DNA of 33,193 bases. Source: Candidatus Parcubacteria bacterium. GTDB lineage: Bacteria; Patescibacteriota; Minisyncoccia; UBA6257; JAGOQP01. This document shows, piece by piece, positions 10,950-19,893 of the stretch. The position numbers and the translations under genes are program-made. The number at the start of each line of letters is the position of its first letter. Position 1 is the stretch's first letter. The stretch is from the NCBI GenBank assembly GCA_025999395.1, contig AP024682.1, positions 433,487-466,679 on the forward strand. Direction: 5' to 3'. The notes below the pieces were generated by a model, which did no database searches, was not told the DNA's origin, and saw only the letters and a list, made by a program, of their open reading frames with translations.

Positions 10950-11549
10950 TTACTTTGCTACTTTAACTCTTGCTGGTCGAATTAATTTACCGTGCAGAAG
11001 ATATCCTTTTTCTACCTCCTCAACAATCGTGCCTGAGGGTTGATCAGATTCTACTGTTGCTACCGCCTCATGGACCAATGGATCAAATTTCTGACCCAAA
11101 GAAACAGATAATCTCTCTAAGCCATAATTTTTTAAGATATCCTCTAATTGAGCTCTAATCAAATAAACTCCCTTTAGATTCGAAATTAATTTGCTTTTTT
11201 CTGCTTCGGTTAACTTATCTTCTTTCTCCGAATAAATTTGACTCTCAAAAGCTAAAATAGCTAAATCAAAACTATCCAAAACTGTTAATAAATCCCTGAT
11301 TATCTGCTCATTAGCAAATTTAGCTAAAGCTTCAAAACGCTTAGCTTCTTCTTTCTTATAGTTTATTAAATCAGCTTTTGCTCTCTTCCAGCCATCTAAA
11401 TATTCCTCTGCCTTTTTCTTATAATCTTCCAAAGTTAACCCCTCCTCATCTTTCAAGGAACCTTCCTGAGAAGAAGTCGGCTGAGAAGAAGCAGACTGAA
11501 TTGAATCTTGATTTTGAGCTTCTTGATCTTTCTTTTCTTTTTCTTCCAT
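10950..11549 (-). CDS. grpE: Nucleotide exchange factor GrpE
   Basis: RAKADLINYKK, FDPLVHEAV, KGYLLHGKLIRPARVKV; directly upstream of dnaK. Confidence 0.97.
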   Translation of the reverse strand: MEEKEKKDQEAQNQDSIQSASSQPTSSQEGSLKDEEGLTLEDYKKKAEEYLDGWKRAKADLINYKKEEAKRFEALAKFANEQIIRDLLTVLDSFDLAILAFESQIYSEKEDKLTEAEKSKLISNLKGVYLIRAQLEDILKNYGLERLSVSLGQKFDPLVHEAVATVESDQPSGTIVEEVEKGYLLHGKLIRPARVKVAK

Positions 11550-11598
11550 ATTTTTTAGCTTCTTAATTTTAATTTTTAAAAACCAAATTTTTAAAAAC

Positions 11599-12207
11599 CT
11601 AAACCAATTGCTTTAGATTCCCCAAGCGATTTATCTGAAAGATTCTAACATAACCAGCCAAGTTCATACTCTTTAAGTCATTAATGAAACTTTCAGGCAT
11701 CCCCCCCTTTTTCATCCAAACACTTCTTTGAAGCATTTCAAAATCCAAGGAACGCAAAGCATTTCTCAACCACTCTCTTTTTACTCTTTCTTTTTCTGGA
11801 ATATCAAAAGCAACAATAACTACTCCCTTTTGCGATGTTCTTAGTTTATCACTTCTGGATTTATAATCCCAGTCAGGAAGAGCGTTGTTAAATTTATGTT
11901 TTAAACTATTAAGTTTATCTTTTCCCCGATTAGTAATCTTTAAATAAAGTCTTTCTTTTTGGAAAAATCGACAAATTAATCCATCTTTTTCTAGATAACT
12001 AATCATTGCGTAAAATCTTTTTATTATCTTCCTTTTCTCGTCCTTTTCATTAAAATTGAACAGCTGGGCTTTTTTATTTCTTATCAAACCAACCTCAGCC
12101 CTTCTAAAACTCGAGGCTAAATTGCAAGCATATTCAATCAAATCAGCTAAATTACTTTCCCCCTTATCTAAAGTAGAAAGAATTTCTAACATTAACTTCC
12201 CTTTCAT
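11599..12207 (-). CDS. PaaX-like regulator: winged helix plus Cas2-like ferredoxin-fold domain
   Basis: wHTH-like ISYLEKDGLI...LKITNRG followed by IVAFDIPEKERVKREWLRNALRSLDFEMLQRSVW. Confidence 0.75.
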   Translation of the reverse strand: MKGKLMLEILSTLDKGESNLADLIEYACNLASSFRRAEVGLIRNKKAQLFNFNEKDEKRKIIKRFYAMISYLEKDGLICRFFQKERLYLKITNRGKDKLNSLKHKFNNALPDWDYKSRSDKLRTSQKGVVIVAFDIPEKERVKREWLRNALRSLDFEMLQRSVWMKKGGMPESFINDLKSMNLAGYVRIFQINRLGNLKQLV

Positions 12208-12253
12208 AGCTCTGTTAAACTTAAAAATTCCAAAATCTTAAAATCCAAAAAAA

Positions 12254-12281
12254 ATTTTAGCTCCTTTATTCAAATTGTCAA
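12254..12281 (-). promoter_or_regulatory. Putative sigma70 promoter of the PaaX-like/grpE/dnaK operon
   Basis: Minus strand TTGACA-N16-TAAAAT, 46 nt upstream of the ATG at 12207. Confidence 0.55.
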
Positions 12282-12311
12282 GTTTCTCTGCGATCGCAAA
12301 AAACTTGACAA
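12275..12311. promoter_or_regulatory. Nested palindrome, candidate operator
   Basis: TTGTCAAGTTT-CTC-TGCGATCGCA-AA-AAACTTGACAA: 11-bp outer arms around a perfect 10-bp inner palindrome. Confidence 0.6.
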
Positions 12312-12330
12312 AAAGCAATAAAAAGCAAAG

Positions 12331-12359
12331 TTGTAAAGAAAGCAAAAGAAAGATATAAT
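12331..12359 (+). promoter_or_regulatory. Putative sigma70 promoter of corA-cysS-dnaB-recR
   Basis: TTGTAA-N17-TATAAT. Confidence 0.5.
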
Positions 12360-12397
12360 TTCAAAAAAGACTCAAATATCATTAAAATTTAAAGTTT

Positions 12398-13309
12398 ATG
12401 ATCATAAAAAAAGGAAAGATCAGCTGGGTTCATCTAAAAAACCCCACCTCTCGTGAATTAGAAATTCTTAAAAAAGAGCATAATTTTCATCCAATTATTA
12501 TTGATGAACTAACCACTCCTTCAGCTCGATCCAAGGTAGAAATTTATGACAATTATATGTTTATTGTTTACCATCTGCCTATCTTTGATCCTTTAGAAAA
12601 GGTTTCTAAAAAGGGAGAAATCGACTTTTTGATTACCAAAAATGCAGTGATTTCAGTTACCTACCAAGATTTAGAACCAATAGAGATAATTGAAAAGAAA
12701 ATTGAGGCAGACAGTAACTACAAAGAAAGAGTTTTGGGAGGAGATACAGCCCGCCTTCTTTATTACCTGATAGAATCTTGCCTAGTTTTTAGCTTAAGAC
12801 AACTTAGACACATTGATGAAAAAATAGAAGGCATTCGCAATGATATCTTTAAAAATCAAGAGAAAGAGATGCTTCAAAGAATTTCCTATGTTAAAAGAGA
12901 TCTTTTGAGTTACTATCTAATCACCAAATCCCAAATAAGCATTTTTAATTCTTTAAATAAAGTAGGAAGCGATTTTTTTGGAGAAAAATCCAAGATTTAC
13001 TTTTCTGATTTAGAAGGAGACTTTTTAAAGATTATTCAACTTTGCGAAAACTACAAAGAGACCATTGAAGCCTTTGAAAGTACCAACGCTCAGCTCCTTA
13101 CCATTAAAACCAACGAAGTAGTTCAAAGATTTTCTGTTTTGGCTTTTATGACCTTTCCAATAATGGTAATTTTGGCTCTTTTTACAATTGAGACTTATTC
13201 TCGTCCCTTAATTGGAAAAACCCCTTATGACTTTTGGATTTTAAGCGGATTGGTTGTTGCTTTGGTTCTAATTATGGGAATTATTTTTAAAAGAAAAAAA
13301 TATTTCTAA
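12398..13309 (+). CDS. corA: CorA family Mg2+/divalent cation transporter
   Basis: WVHLKNPT, FHPIIIDEL, RSKVEIY, long helical funnel, TNEVVQRFSV and two C-terminal TM helices. The GMN signature is replaced by TIE. Confidence 0.85.
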   Translation: MIIKKGKISWVHLKNPTSRELEILKKEHNFHPIIIDELTTPSARSKVEIYDNYMFIVYHLPIFDPLEKVSKKGEIDFLITKNAVISVTYQDLEPIEIIEKKIEADSNYKERVLGGDTARLLYYLIESCLVFSLRQLRHIDEKIEGIRNDIFKNQEKEMLQRISYVKRDLLSYYLITKSQISIFNSLNKVGSDFFGEKSKIYFSDLEGDFLKIIQLCENYKETIEAFESTNAQLLTIKTNEVVQRFSVLAFMTFPIMVILALFTIETYSRPLIGKTPYDFWILSGLVVALVLIMGIIFKRKKYF

Positions 13310-13312
13310 AAA

Positions 13313-14716
13313 ATGTTAAGGCTCTTTAACACTCTCACTCGAAAAAAAGAGATCTTTAAGCCTTTAGCCAAAAAAGTAGTTAAAATCTACACTTGTGGCC
13401 CTACTGTTTATAACCGAGCTCATATTGGAAACTTAAGAACCTATCTTTGGGAAGATATTTTAAAAAGAACTTTAGAATATCTAGGATATAAGGTCGAGCA
13501 CGCGATGAATATTACCGATGTGGGGCACTTAACTTCTGATGAAGATACTGGCGAGGATAAAATAGAATTAGGAGCCAAAAAAGAAGGACTTTCCCCTTTA
13601 ACTTTGGCAAGAAAATACGAAAAGAAATTTTTTCAAGATTTAAAAAGATTAAACATCAAAAAACCCGACAAAATTGCTCGCGCTACCCAAACAGTCAAAG
13701 AACAAATCGCTCTTATTAAAATTCTTGAAAAAAAGGGATTTACCTATCGAAGTCGCTACGCCATTTACTTTGATACCAGCAAGCTTAAAGATTACGGAAA
13801 ATTAAACCCTCAAAAAGACAAAAAAGAGCTTTTAGTTGGAGCTCGAGAAGAAGTTGTGATCGACAAAGAAAAGAAGAACCCCCAAGATTTTGTTCTCTGG
13901 TTTTTTTTAGAAGGAAGATATAAAAACCACATCCTTCGCTGGCCTTCTCCTTGGGGAGAAGGTTTTCCGGGCTGGCATATTGAATGCTCAGCAATTTCTC
14001 GAAAACTTTTAGGTCAGCCCTTTGATATCCATTGCGGCGGTCAAGAACATATTCCTATTCATCACACCAACGAAATTGCTCAAAGCGAAGCAGCTTTTGA
14101 AAAACCTCTGGCTCTCTTTTGGATTCATGGAGAATTTTTAATGGTAGAAGGAGAAAAGATGAGCAAAAGCAAAGGCAATTTTTACACTCTTGACGATCTG
14201 AAAAAAAATGGCTTTGGCCCCTTAGATTTTCGCTATCTAACCTTAAGTACTCATTATCAATCCCCTCTTAACTTCACTTGGGAAGGAATAAAATCGGCTC
14301 AAAATGCTTTATCTAATCTAAAGAAATTCTTAAAAACAGTAGAATTTTATCCTTCTCTTTCTAAAAAGAAAAATAAACTCAACCAGTATAAAAAAATGTT
14401 TATCAAGGCCCTTGAAAACAATCTCAACACCCCTCAGGCTTTAGCGGTCCTTTGGCAGTTAATTAAAGACGAAGAAATAAATCTAACAGAAAAAAAGAAG
14501 CTTATTTTAGATTTTGATAAAGTTTTAGGATTAGGTTTAGAAAAAGAAGTGATTTTTTCTCTTCCTTCAAAGATAAAGAAAATGGTTGGCCAGCGAGAGC
14601 AATTAAGAAAAAATAAACAGTTTATCCAGGCCGACACCTTGCGAAAAAATATAGAAGCTCTAGGATATAAGATAGAAGATACCCCTAAAGGGCCGTTAAT
14701 TTCTTATCAGAAATAA
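13313..14716 (+). CDS. cysS: Cysteine--tRNA ligase
   Basis: YTCGPTVY, HIGN, PGWHIECS, HHTNE, KMSKS. Confidence 0.98.
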   Translation: MLRLFNTLTRKKEIFKPLAKKVVKIYTCGPTVYNRAHIGNLRTYLWEDILKRTLEYLGYKVEHAMNITDVGHLTSDEDTGEDKIELGAKKEGLSPLTLARKYEKKFFQDLKRLNIKKPDKIARATQTVKEQIALIKILEKKGFTYRSRYAIYFDTSKLKDYGKLNPQKDKKELLVGAREEVVIDKEKKNPQDFVLWFFLEGRYKNHILRWPSPWGEGFPGWHIECSAISRKLLGQPFDIHCGGQEHIPIHHTNEIAQSEAAFEKPLALFWIHGEFLMVEGEKMSKSKGNFYTLDDLKKNGFGPLDFRYLTLSTHYQSPLNFTWEGIKSAQNALSNLKKFLKTVEFYPSLSKKKNKLNQYKKMFIKALENNLNTPQALAVLWQLIKDEEINLTEKKKLILDFDKVLGLGLEKEVIFSLPSKIKKMVGQREQLRKNKQFIQADTLRKNIEALGYKIEDTPKGPLISYQK

Positions 14717-14723
14717 ATAAATT

Positions 14724-16076
14724 ATGGCTGAAATTAAACTTCCCCCTCAAGATCAAGAAGCTGAAAAATCAGTTTTGGGATCGCTAATGATAGATAAAAA
14801 CGCTATTTCTAAAATAGCTGATCTTTTGTCAGCTCAGGATTTTTATTCAATTGCTCACCAAAAAATTTATCAGGCAATTTTAGATCTCTTCAATAAGAAT
14901 GAGCCAATCGATATTTTAAGTGTTTCCAGCGTTCTTAAATCGAAAAAAGAATTAGAAGAGGTAGGAGGAGCTTCTTATTTGGGAGAGTTAATAAATATTG
15001 TTCCTTCTTCGGCTCATATTACTCATTATGCCAAAATTGTTCGAGAAAAAAGAATTTTGAGAGATTTGATTAGCATTTCGGCCGAACTTCAAGAAATGGT
15101 TTTTGAAAAAGAAGTAAGTACTGAAAATTTAATTGACCAAGCAGAACAAAAACTCTTTTCCCTTTCCTTAAAATCAACTAGTCGCAATTTTGTTCCTGTT
15201 AAAGAAGAACTGAAAGAAGCTTATGAAAGAATAGAAAAACTTCATCAAGGAGAAAAAAGATTGCGCGGGGTGACAACAGGATTTGAGGAATTGGATAATT
15301 ATCTTTCCGGCTTTCAACCTTCTGATTTAATAATTTTGGGGGCCCGTCCTTCATTAGGAAAAACAACCTTGGCTTTAGACATCGCTCGCGCTGCCGCTTC
15401 TAAAGGAGAAGTACCGGTAGGAATTTTTTCTATCGAAATGTCAAAAGAACAGATAGTTGATCGACTAATTGCAGCTGAAGCTCAGGTACCTTTGTGGCGC
15501 TTGCGTACCGGACGTCTTAGCACCGAAGTTGAATTTGAGCTTATTCAAGAAGCATTAGACAGACTTTCCCGATTACCCATCTTTATTGACGACACTCCCT
15601 CTCCCAACATTATGCAAATCCGTTCTTTAGCCAGACGCTTACAGGCAGAACATGGTTTAGGACTTCTTATAATAGATTATGTTCAGCTAATTCAACCTTT
15701 AAATAGTTCAGATAATGTAGTTCAACAATTTACAGAAATCAGCCATGGTTTAAAATCTTTGGCTCGAGAATTAAACATTCCGGTACTTGCTATTTCTCAG
15801 CTTAATCGTTCAGTTGATCAAAGAGAGATAAAGATTCCTCGTCTTTCTGATTTAAGAGAAACCGGCTCTTGGGAACAGGATGCGGATGTAGTTCTTTTGA
15901 TTTACCGAAAAGATAAAGATCGGCTCGAGACTGCTTTAGAAGATGAAAACATAGTTAGCGTAATTATTGCTAAACACCGCAACGGCCCCACCGGCACAGT
16001 AGATCTAAAGTTTGATCCTGAAAAAGTAACCTTCCGTTCAATTGAAAAAAAGAGGGTAGCAGTTGAAGAATTTTAA
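14724..16076 (+). CDS. dnaB: Replicative DNA helicase
   Basis: PPQDQEAEKSVLG, GARPSLGKT, FSIEMS, IIDYVQL, SQLNR, EQDAD, AKHRNGPTG. Confidence 0.98.
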   Translation: MAEIKLPPQDQEAEKSVLGSLMIDKNAISKIADLLSAQDFYSIAHQKIYQAILDLFNKNEPIDILSVSSVLKSKKELEEVGGASYLGELINIVPSSAHITHYAKIVREKRILRDLISISAELQEMVFEKEVSTENLIDQAEQKLFSLSLKSTSRNFVPVKEELKEAYERIEKLHQGEKRLRGVTTGFEELDNYLSGFQPSDLIILGARPSLGKTTLALDIARAAASKGEVPVGIFSIEMSKEQIVDRLIAAEAQVPLWRLRTGRLSTEVEFELIQEALDRLSRLPIFIDDTPSPNIMQIRSLARRLQAEHGLGLLIIDYVQLIQPLNSSDNVVQQFTEISHGLKSLARELNIPVLAISQLNRSVDQREIKIPRLSDLRETGSWEQDADVVLLIYRKDKDRLETALEDENIVSVIIAKHRNGPTGTVDLKFDPEKVTFRSIEKKRVAVEEF

Positions 16077-16094
16077 TTCTTTATTAGTTATTTT

Positions 16095-16703
16095 TTGAAT
16101 GTGCTTCCCCAAGAAATAAAAAAATTCGTTGAAATTTTTGAAAAGCTCCCTTCTATTGGTCCCCGCCAAGCACTGAGATTGGCTTTTAAATTTATTTCCT
16201 TAGGTACTGCTAAAATCCAAGAAACTGCCCAAGCAATCGCTGGCTTAAAAAAAATAAAGATTTGCCCCCGTTGTTTTTTTATTTACTCTGGTGATGGCAA
16301 AGCTTGTCAGATTTGTTCTGACAAAAACCGGCAAAAAGATGTTTTCTTAATTGTTGAAAAAGAAACTGAATTGATCTCCATTGAAAGAACCAAAAAATAC
16401 AATGGCCTTTATCTTGTTTTAGGAGAGTTAACAAAGAGTGGATTTTTAGAAAGTTGGCAAAAAATGAGATTAGGAGTTTTAAAAAAAATTATCGAACAAG
16501 AACTGCCCAATCAAAAAGCCAAAGAAATAATTATTGCTCTTAATCCCACTACCTATGGTGATCTCAATGCTAATCTAATAGAAAAAGAGCTTAAAAATTA
16601 TGCCCAAAAAATTTCTCGCTTGGGAAGAGGAATCCCTACCGGTGGAGAAATTGAATTTGCCGACGAAGAAACCTTGGCTCATTCTCTTCAAAGAAGAGAA
16701 TGA
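16095..16703 (+). CDS. recR: Recombination mediator RecR (true start may be GTG at 16101)
   Basis: LPSIGPRQALRLA HhH, C4 zinc finger, TOPRIM domain, RLGRGIPTGGEIEFADEETL. Confidence 0.96.
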   Translation: MNVLPQEIKKFVEIFEKLPSIGPRQALRLAFKFISLGTAKIQETAQAIAGLKKIKICPRCFFIYSGDGKACQICSDKNRQKDVFLIVEKETELISIERTKKYNGLYLVLGELTKSGFLESWQKMRLGVLKKIIEQELPNQKAKEIIIALNPTTYGDLNANLIEKELKNYAQKISRLGRGIPTGGEIEFADEETLAHSLQRRE

Positions 16704-16755
16704 CTAACTAAAAATAAAAACTGCTTGTTTTCTAATTAGATTAAAGGCGACAACC

Positions 16756-17070
16756 TTAAATTTTGGTAATCTTTACCTCAGTAAAATGCTGACGGTGCCC
16801 CTTAGTTTTTTTATATCTTGTTTTAGAATGGTATTTAAAAACAATTTTTTTCTTTTCTCGCCCTTGTTTGACAATCTCTCCTTCTACCACCACATTTTCC
16901 AAATAAGGATTGCCGACAAAAAGCTCCTCTCCTCGAGAAAGAAGAAGAACTTTATCAAAAGAAACTTTCGAGCCAACTTCACCCTCTAGTTTTTCTATTT
17001 TTATCTTGTCAGAAGGAGAAACAAGATACTGTTTTCCTCCTGTTTTAATAACCGCAAAAGAATTAGACAT
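16756..17070 (-). CDS. rplU: 50S ribosomal protein L21
   Basis: FAVIKTGGKQYLV...KGHRQHFTEVKI; ATG at 17070. Confidence 0.97.
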   Translation of the reverse strand: MSNSFAVIKTGGKQYLVSPSDKIKIEKLEGEVGSKVSFDKVLLLSRGEELFVGNPYLENVVVEGEIVKQGREKKKIVFKYHSKTRYKKTKGHRQHFTEVKITKI

Positions 17071-17149
17071 ACAGAGCAAAGATAACAAAAAAAAATCTCG
17101 ATATCAAGTACCTTTCTTAAATACCCTATAATTTTCTTCTTTTGAAGAA

Positions 17150-17521
17150 TTAATTAATCAAAGTTAGTGAGTAAACAAAAAACAAACCCAGCAAAACAAA
17201 CCAGAGAGAAAAATAAGAGAAAAGATAAGCTAAAACTTTTTCTTTATGATAAAATGAGTAAGCCAGAAACTGATTTAAAAGAAATAAAATCCAAAAGCAA
17301 AAGATTAAAAAAAGAACCCAAGAAGAATTCCCCACTAAATCTCCCACTCCTTTAAGACTAAGATGAAGAACGATTTTACCCCCTTTCAGGATAGAAAGAT
17401 TAAGGTAAAATAAAATTAGAGAAAGAAATAAAACAATTAAGCCAGCAATTAGCGGAAAAAGAATAAATCTGTCGCTTAAAAAGTTTTTCAAGTGATTAGC
17501 CTTGGAAGTCATCAGAACCAT
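17150..17521 (-). CDS. Hypothetical membrane protein (3 TM)
   Basis: Three hydrophobic segments with an IVLH...GVGDLVG loop. The start could be ATG at 17512. Confidence 0.7.
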   Translation of the reverse strand: MVLMTSKANHLKNFLSDRFILFPLIAGLIVLFLSLILFYLNLSILKGGKIVLHLSLKGVGDLVGNSSWVLFLIFCFWILFLLNQFLAYSFYHKEKVLAYLFSYFSLWFVLLGLFFVYSLTLIN

Positions 17522-17557
17522 TTTAGAGTAAATTTAAAAAAAATACAAAGATAAAAA

Positions 17558-18499
17558 ATGAATACCTTTATTTTAGAACCTCAAGAAAATTATCAACTTC
17601 TCGATTCGGGAGAAGGGTTGAAATTAGAAAAGTTTGGCAAATACATTACCTGTCGACCCGATCCCAATGTTTTATGGGAAAAAAAATCTCCTCTACTCTG
17701 GGAGAAAGCCGACGCTATCTTTGATCCTCAACAAAAATTCGGCTCCACTCACTGGAACAATAAAAATATAAAAGAGGATTGGATTTTTGAAATGAAAATA
17801 ACCTTTTTAATTTCTAATTTAAAAGAAGAAAAATCAGAAATCTTTGAAAAAATAAAAGAAAAAAGGATAAAAATGATTTTAAGGCTCACCCCCTTTAAAC
17901 ATGTTGGACTTTTTCCGGAACAAATAAAAAATTGGCAATGGCTAGCTAACTTACTAATTAAAAAGAAAGTAACCAAAGAAAGTCCGCGTGTACTTAATCT
18001 CTTTGGCTACACCGCTGGAGCCAGCTTAGTTTTAGCAGCTTTAGGAGCAAAAGTTACTCATGTTGATGCTTCCCGCCCCACTATTAGCTGGGCAAAGGAA
18101 AATCAAAAAGCCAGCAACCTTGAAAAAGCTCAAATTAGATGGATAGTAGACGATGCTCGAAAATTTGTTAATCGGGAAATAAGAAGAAAATCATATTACG
18201 ACGCCGTGGTAATGGATCCGCCAGCTTTTGGAAGAGATCCCAAAGGAAAGGTTTTTAAATTTGAAAAAGATGTTTTGCCCCTCCTTAAATCTCTTAGTCA
18301 AATTCTTTCTCCTAATCCTCTTTTCTTTCTTTTTAACAGCTATTCTTTGGGTTATTCAGCAACAGTAATTAAAAATATTCTCTCCTCCATTCTGCCGCTT
18401 AACAAAATTGAAGCCGGAGAAATTCAAATTCAGGAAATAAGCGGTCAAAGAAATTTACCTGCCGGAGTATTTGCCAGATTTCCCAAAATTGACAACTAA
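17558..18499 (+). CDS. Class I SAM-dependent methyltransferase (RlmI/RlmK-like)
   Basis: YQLLDSG..KLEKFG, FKHVGLFPEQ, VLNLFGYTAG, HVDAS, MDPPAFG. Confidence 0.88.
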   Translation: MNTFILEPQENYQLLDSGEGLKLEKFGKYITCRPDPNVLWEKKSPLLWEKADAIFDPQQKFGSTHWNNKNIKEDWIFEMKITFLISNLKEEKSEIFEKIKEKRIKMILRLTPFKHVGLFPEQIKNWQWLANLLIKKKVTKESPRVLNLFGYTAGASLVLAALGAKVTHVDASRPTISWAKENQKASNLEKAQIRWIVDDARKFVNREIRRKSYYDAVVMDPPAFGRDPKGKVFKFEKDVLPLLKSLSQILSPNPLFFLFNSYSLGYSATVIKNILSSILPLNKIEAGEIQIQEISGQRNLPAGVFARFPKIDN

Positions 18500-18527
18500 A
18501 AGAGAAAAAAGTAAATTTATTTCAAAA

Positions 18528-18602
18528 GCCGTTATCGTCTAGCCTGGTCTAGGACACAGGGTTCTCATCCCTGGAACCCGGGTTCAAATCCCGGTAACGG
18601 CA
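18528..18602 (+). tRNA. tRNA-Glu(CUC)
   Basis: GCCGTTA/TAACGGC acceptor stem, CAGGG-TT-CTC-AT-CCCTG anticodon arm, GGTTCAAATCC T-arm. Confidence 0.95.
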
Positions 18603-18608
18603 CAAAAG

Positions 18609-19880
18609 CTAAGCTTTAATCTTTTCTACAATCTTATCCAGTCTTAAGAAGCGAGAACCTTTTACTAAAACCAAGTCTCCTTCCTCTAAAAAAGAAAGAA
18701 TTTTTTCCTCTAATTGAGAAACATTTTCAAAGGAAAAAGCTTTTACTTTTTTAGTAAAAAGTTTAGCCTTTTCTCCAACAGTAATTAGTAAATCAACCGA
18801 TGAGGGAATTAACTCTTCTCCTATTTTTTCGTGAGCTTTTTGAGAATATTCTCCTAACTCTGCCATATCTCCTAAAATGGCTACTCTTCTTTTCTCCTTT
18901 ACTAAACCCAAACTTTTAAGAGCAATTTCTAAAGCTAAAGGAGAAGAATTGTAACTTTCATCGATGATTTGAATATTTTTTACACCTTTCAAAATTACAG
19001 ATCGACCCTCAACTGGAAAATAATTTTTAGAAAGAGATTCTGCTGCTGATACTAAATTAATATCAAAACAAGAAGCTACTGTTAAAGCACAAGCAGCTGT
19101 GTAGGCATGAGAAAGAGAAAAGGCATTTTTTATACTTAAAGGAACCCAATTACCTTCTTTTTCTAATTTAAAAGTAATTCCAACAATTTGATTGTTTTCC
19201 TTTAAATGGGCAAAGTGAGTAATTTTTATATCGCAGTTTTCGCTAGTCCCAAAAGTTCTTATTTGAGCCTTGGTTCTCCTTTTTAATTCTTCTTTCCAGA
19301 AATCATCTCCATTAATTATTGCCCAACCCGAAGTGGGTATTTCTGAAATAAGATGAGATTTTTCTCTCATTACCGCCTCAGGAGAAGAATAGAATTCCAC
19401 ATGAACTGGAACTTTGCCAACTGAAGTGATAACGCCAATATCCGGATGAGCAATTTTTTTTAGCCGATTAATATCTCCCGGTTTATCTGCTCCGTATTCC
19501 AAAACCAGAACTTGAGGATAATTTTCTCGACTCCAAAAAGATTTAAGAAAACAAAGAAGACCGCTTAAAAGAACTTTCAAAAGAAAAACTACTTTTCTAA
19601 ACCGATGAGCTCCAGGGGGCATCTCGCGACTAAAAAGATTCAAGTCTTCTTTTTTAAAATCCCCCAAAATTGTTAGAGGAATTCCTAATTCGCTGTTAAA
19701 ATTTCCCACCGATCTTCTTACCCGCTTAAAATCCTTTAAAACAGAAAAAATTGCTTCCTTGGCTGAAGTTTTTCCGGCGCTACCAGTGACAGCAATAACA
19801 ATTGGCCGGAATCTTAAGATAATCAGCCGAGCTAAAATTCTTAATTTAAAATAAAGAAGATCTATTAAAAGATTTTTCAT
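18609..19880 (-). CDS. murF: UDP-N-acetylmuramoyl-tripeptide--D-Ala-D-Ala ligase
   Basis: AVTGSAGKTS, NFNSELG.P, LEYG, DESYNSSP, ILGDMAELG, LVKGSR. Confidence 0.93.
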   Translation of the reverse strand: MKNLLIDLLYFKLRILARLIILRFRPIVIAVTGSAGKTSAKEAIFSVLKDFKRVRRSVGNFNSELGIPLTILGDFKKEDLNLFSREMPPGAHRFRKVVFLLKVLLSGLLCFLKSFWSRENYPQVLVLEYGADKPGDINRLKKIAHPDIGVITSVGKVPVHVEFYSSPEAVMREKSHLISEIPTSGWAIINGDDFWKEELKRRTKAQIRTFGTSENCDIKITHFAHLKENNQIVGITFKLEKEGNWVPLSIKNAFSLSHAYTAACALTVASCFDINLVSAAESLSKNYFPVEGRSVILKGVKNIQIIDESYNSSPLALEIALKSLGLVKEKRRVAILGDMAELGEYSQKAHEKIGEELIPSSVDLLITVGEKAKLFTKKVKAFSFENVSQLEEKILSFLEEGDLVLVKGSRFLRLDKIVEKIKA

Positions 19881-19893
19881 TTTTTACTTCAAC

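Noticed and set aside
11599-12311. CRISPR-Cas locus suggested by the Cas2-like motif
   Set aside because: No repeat-spacer array or other cas genes; the domain is fused to a wHTH as in PaaX-like proteins.
15846-15887. DnaB motif variant DLRETGSWEQDAD (usually ESGSIEQDAD) as a sign of an inactive or phage helicase
   Set aside because: Walker A/B and arginine-finger regions are intact and the gene is in a housekeeping operon; no intein is seen.
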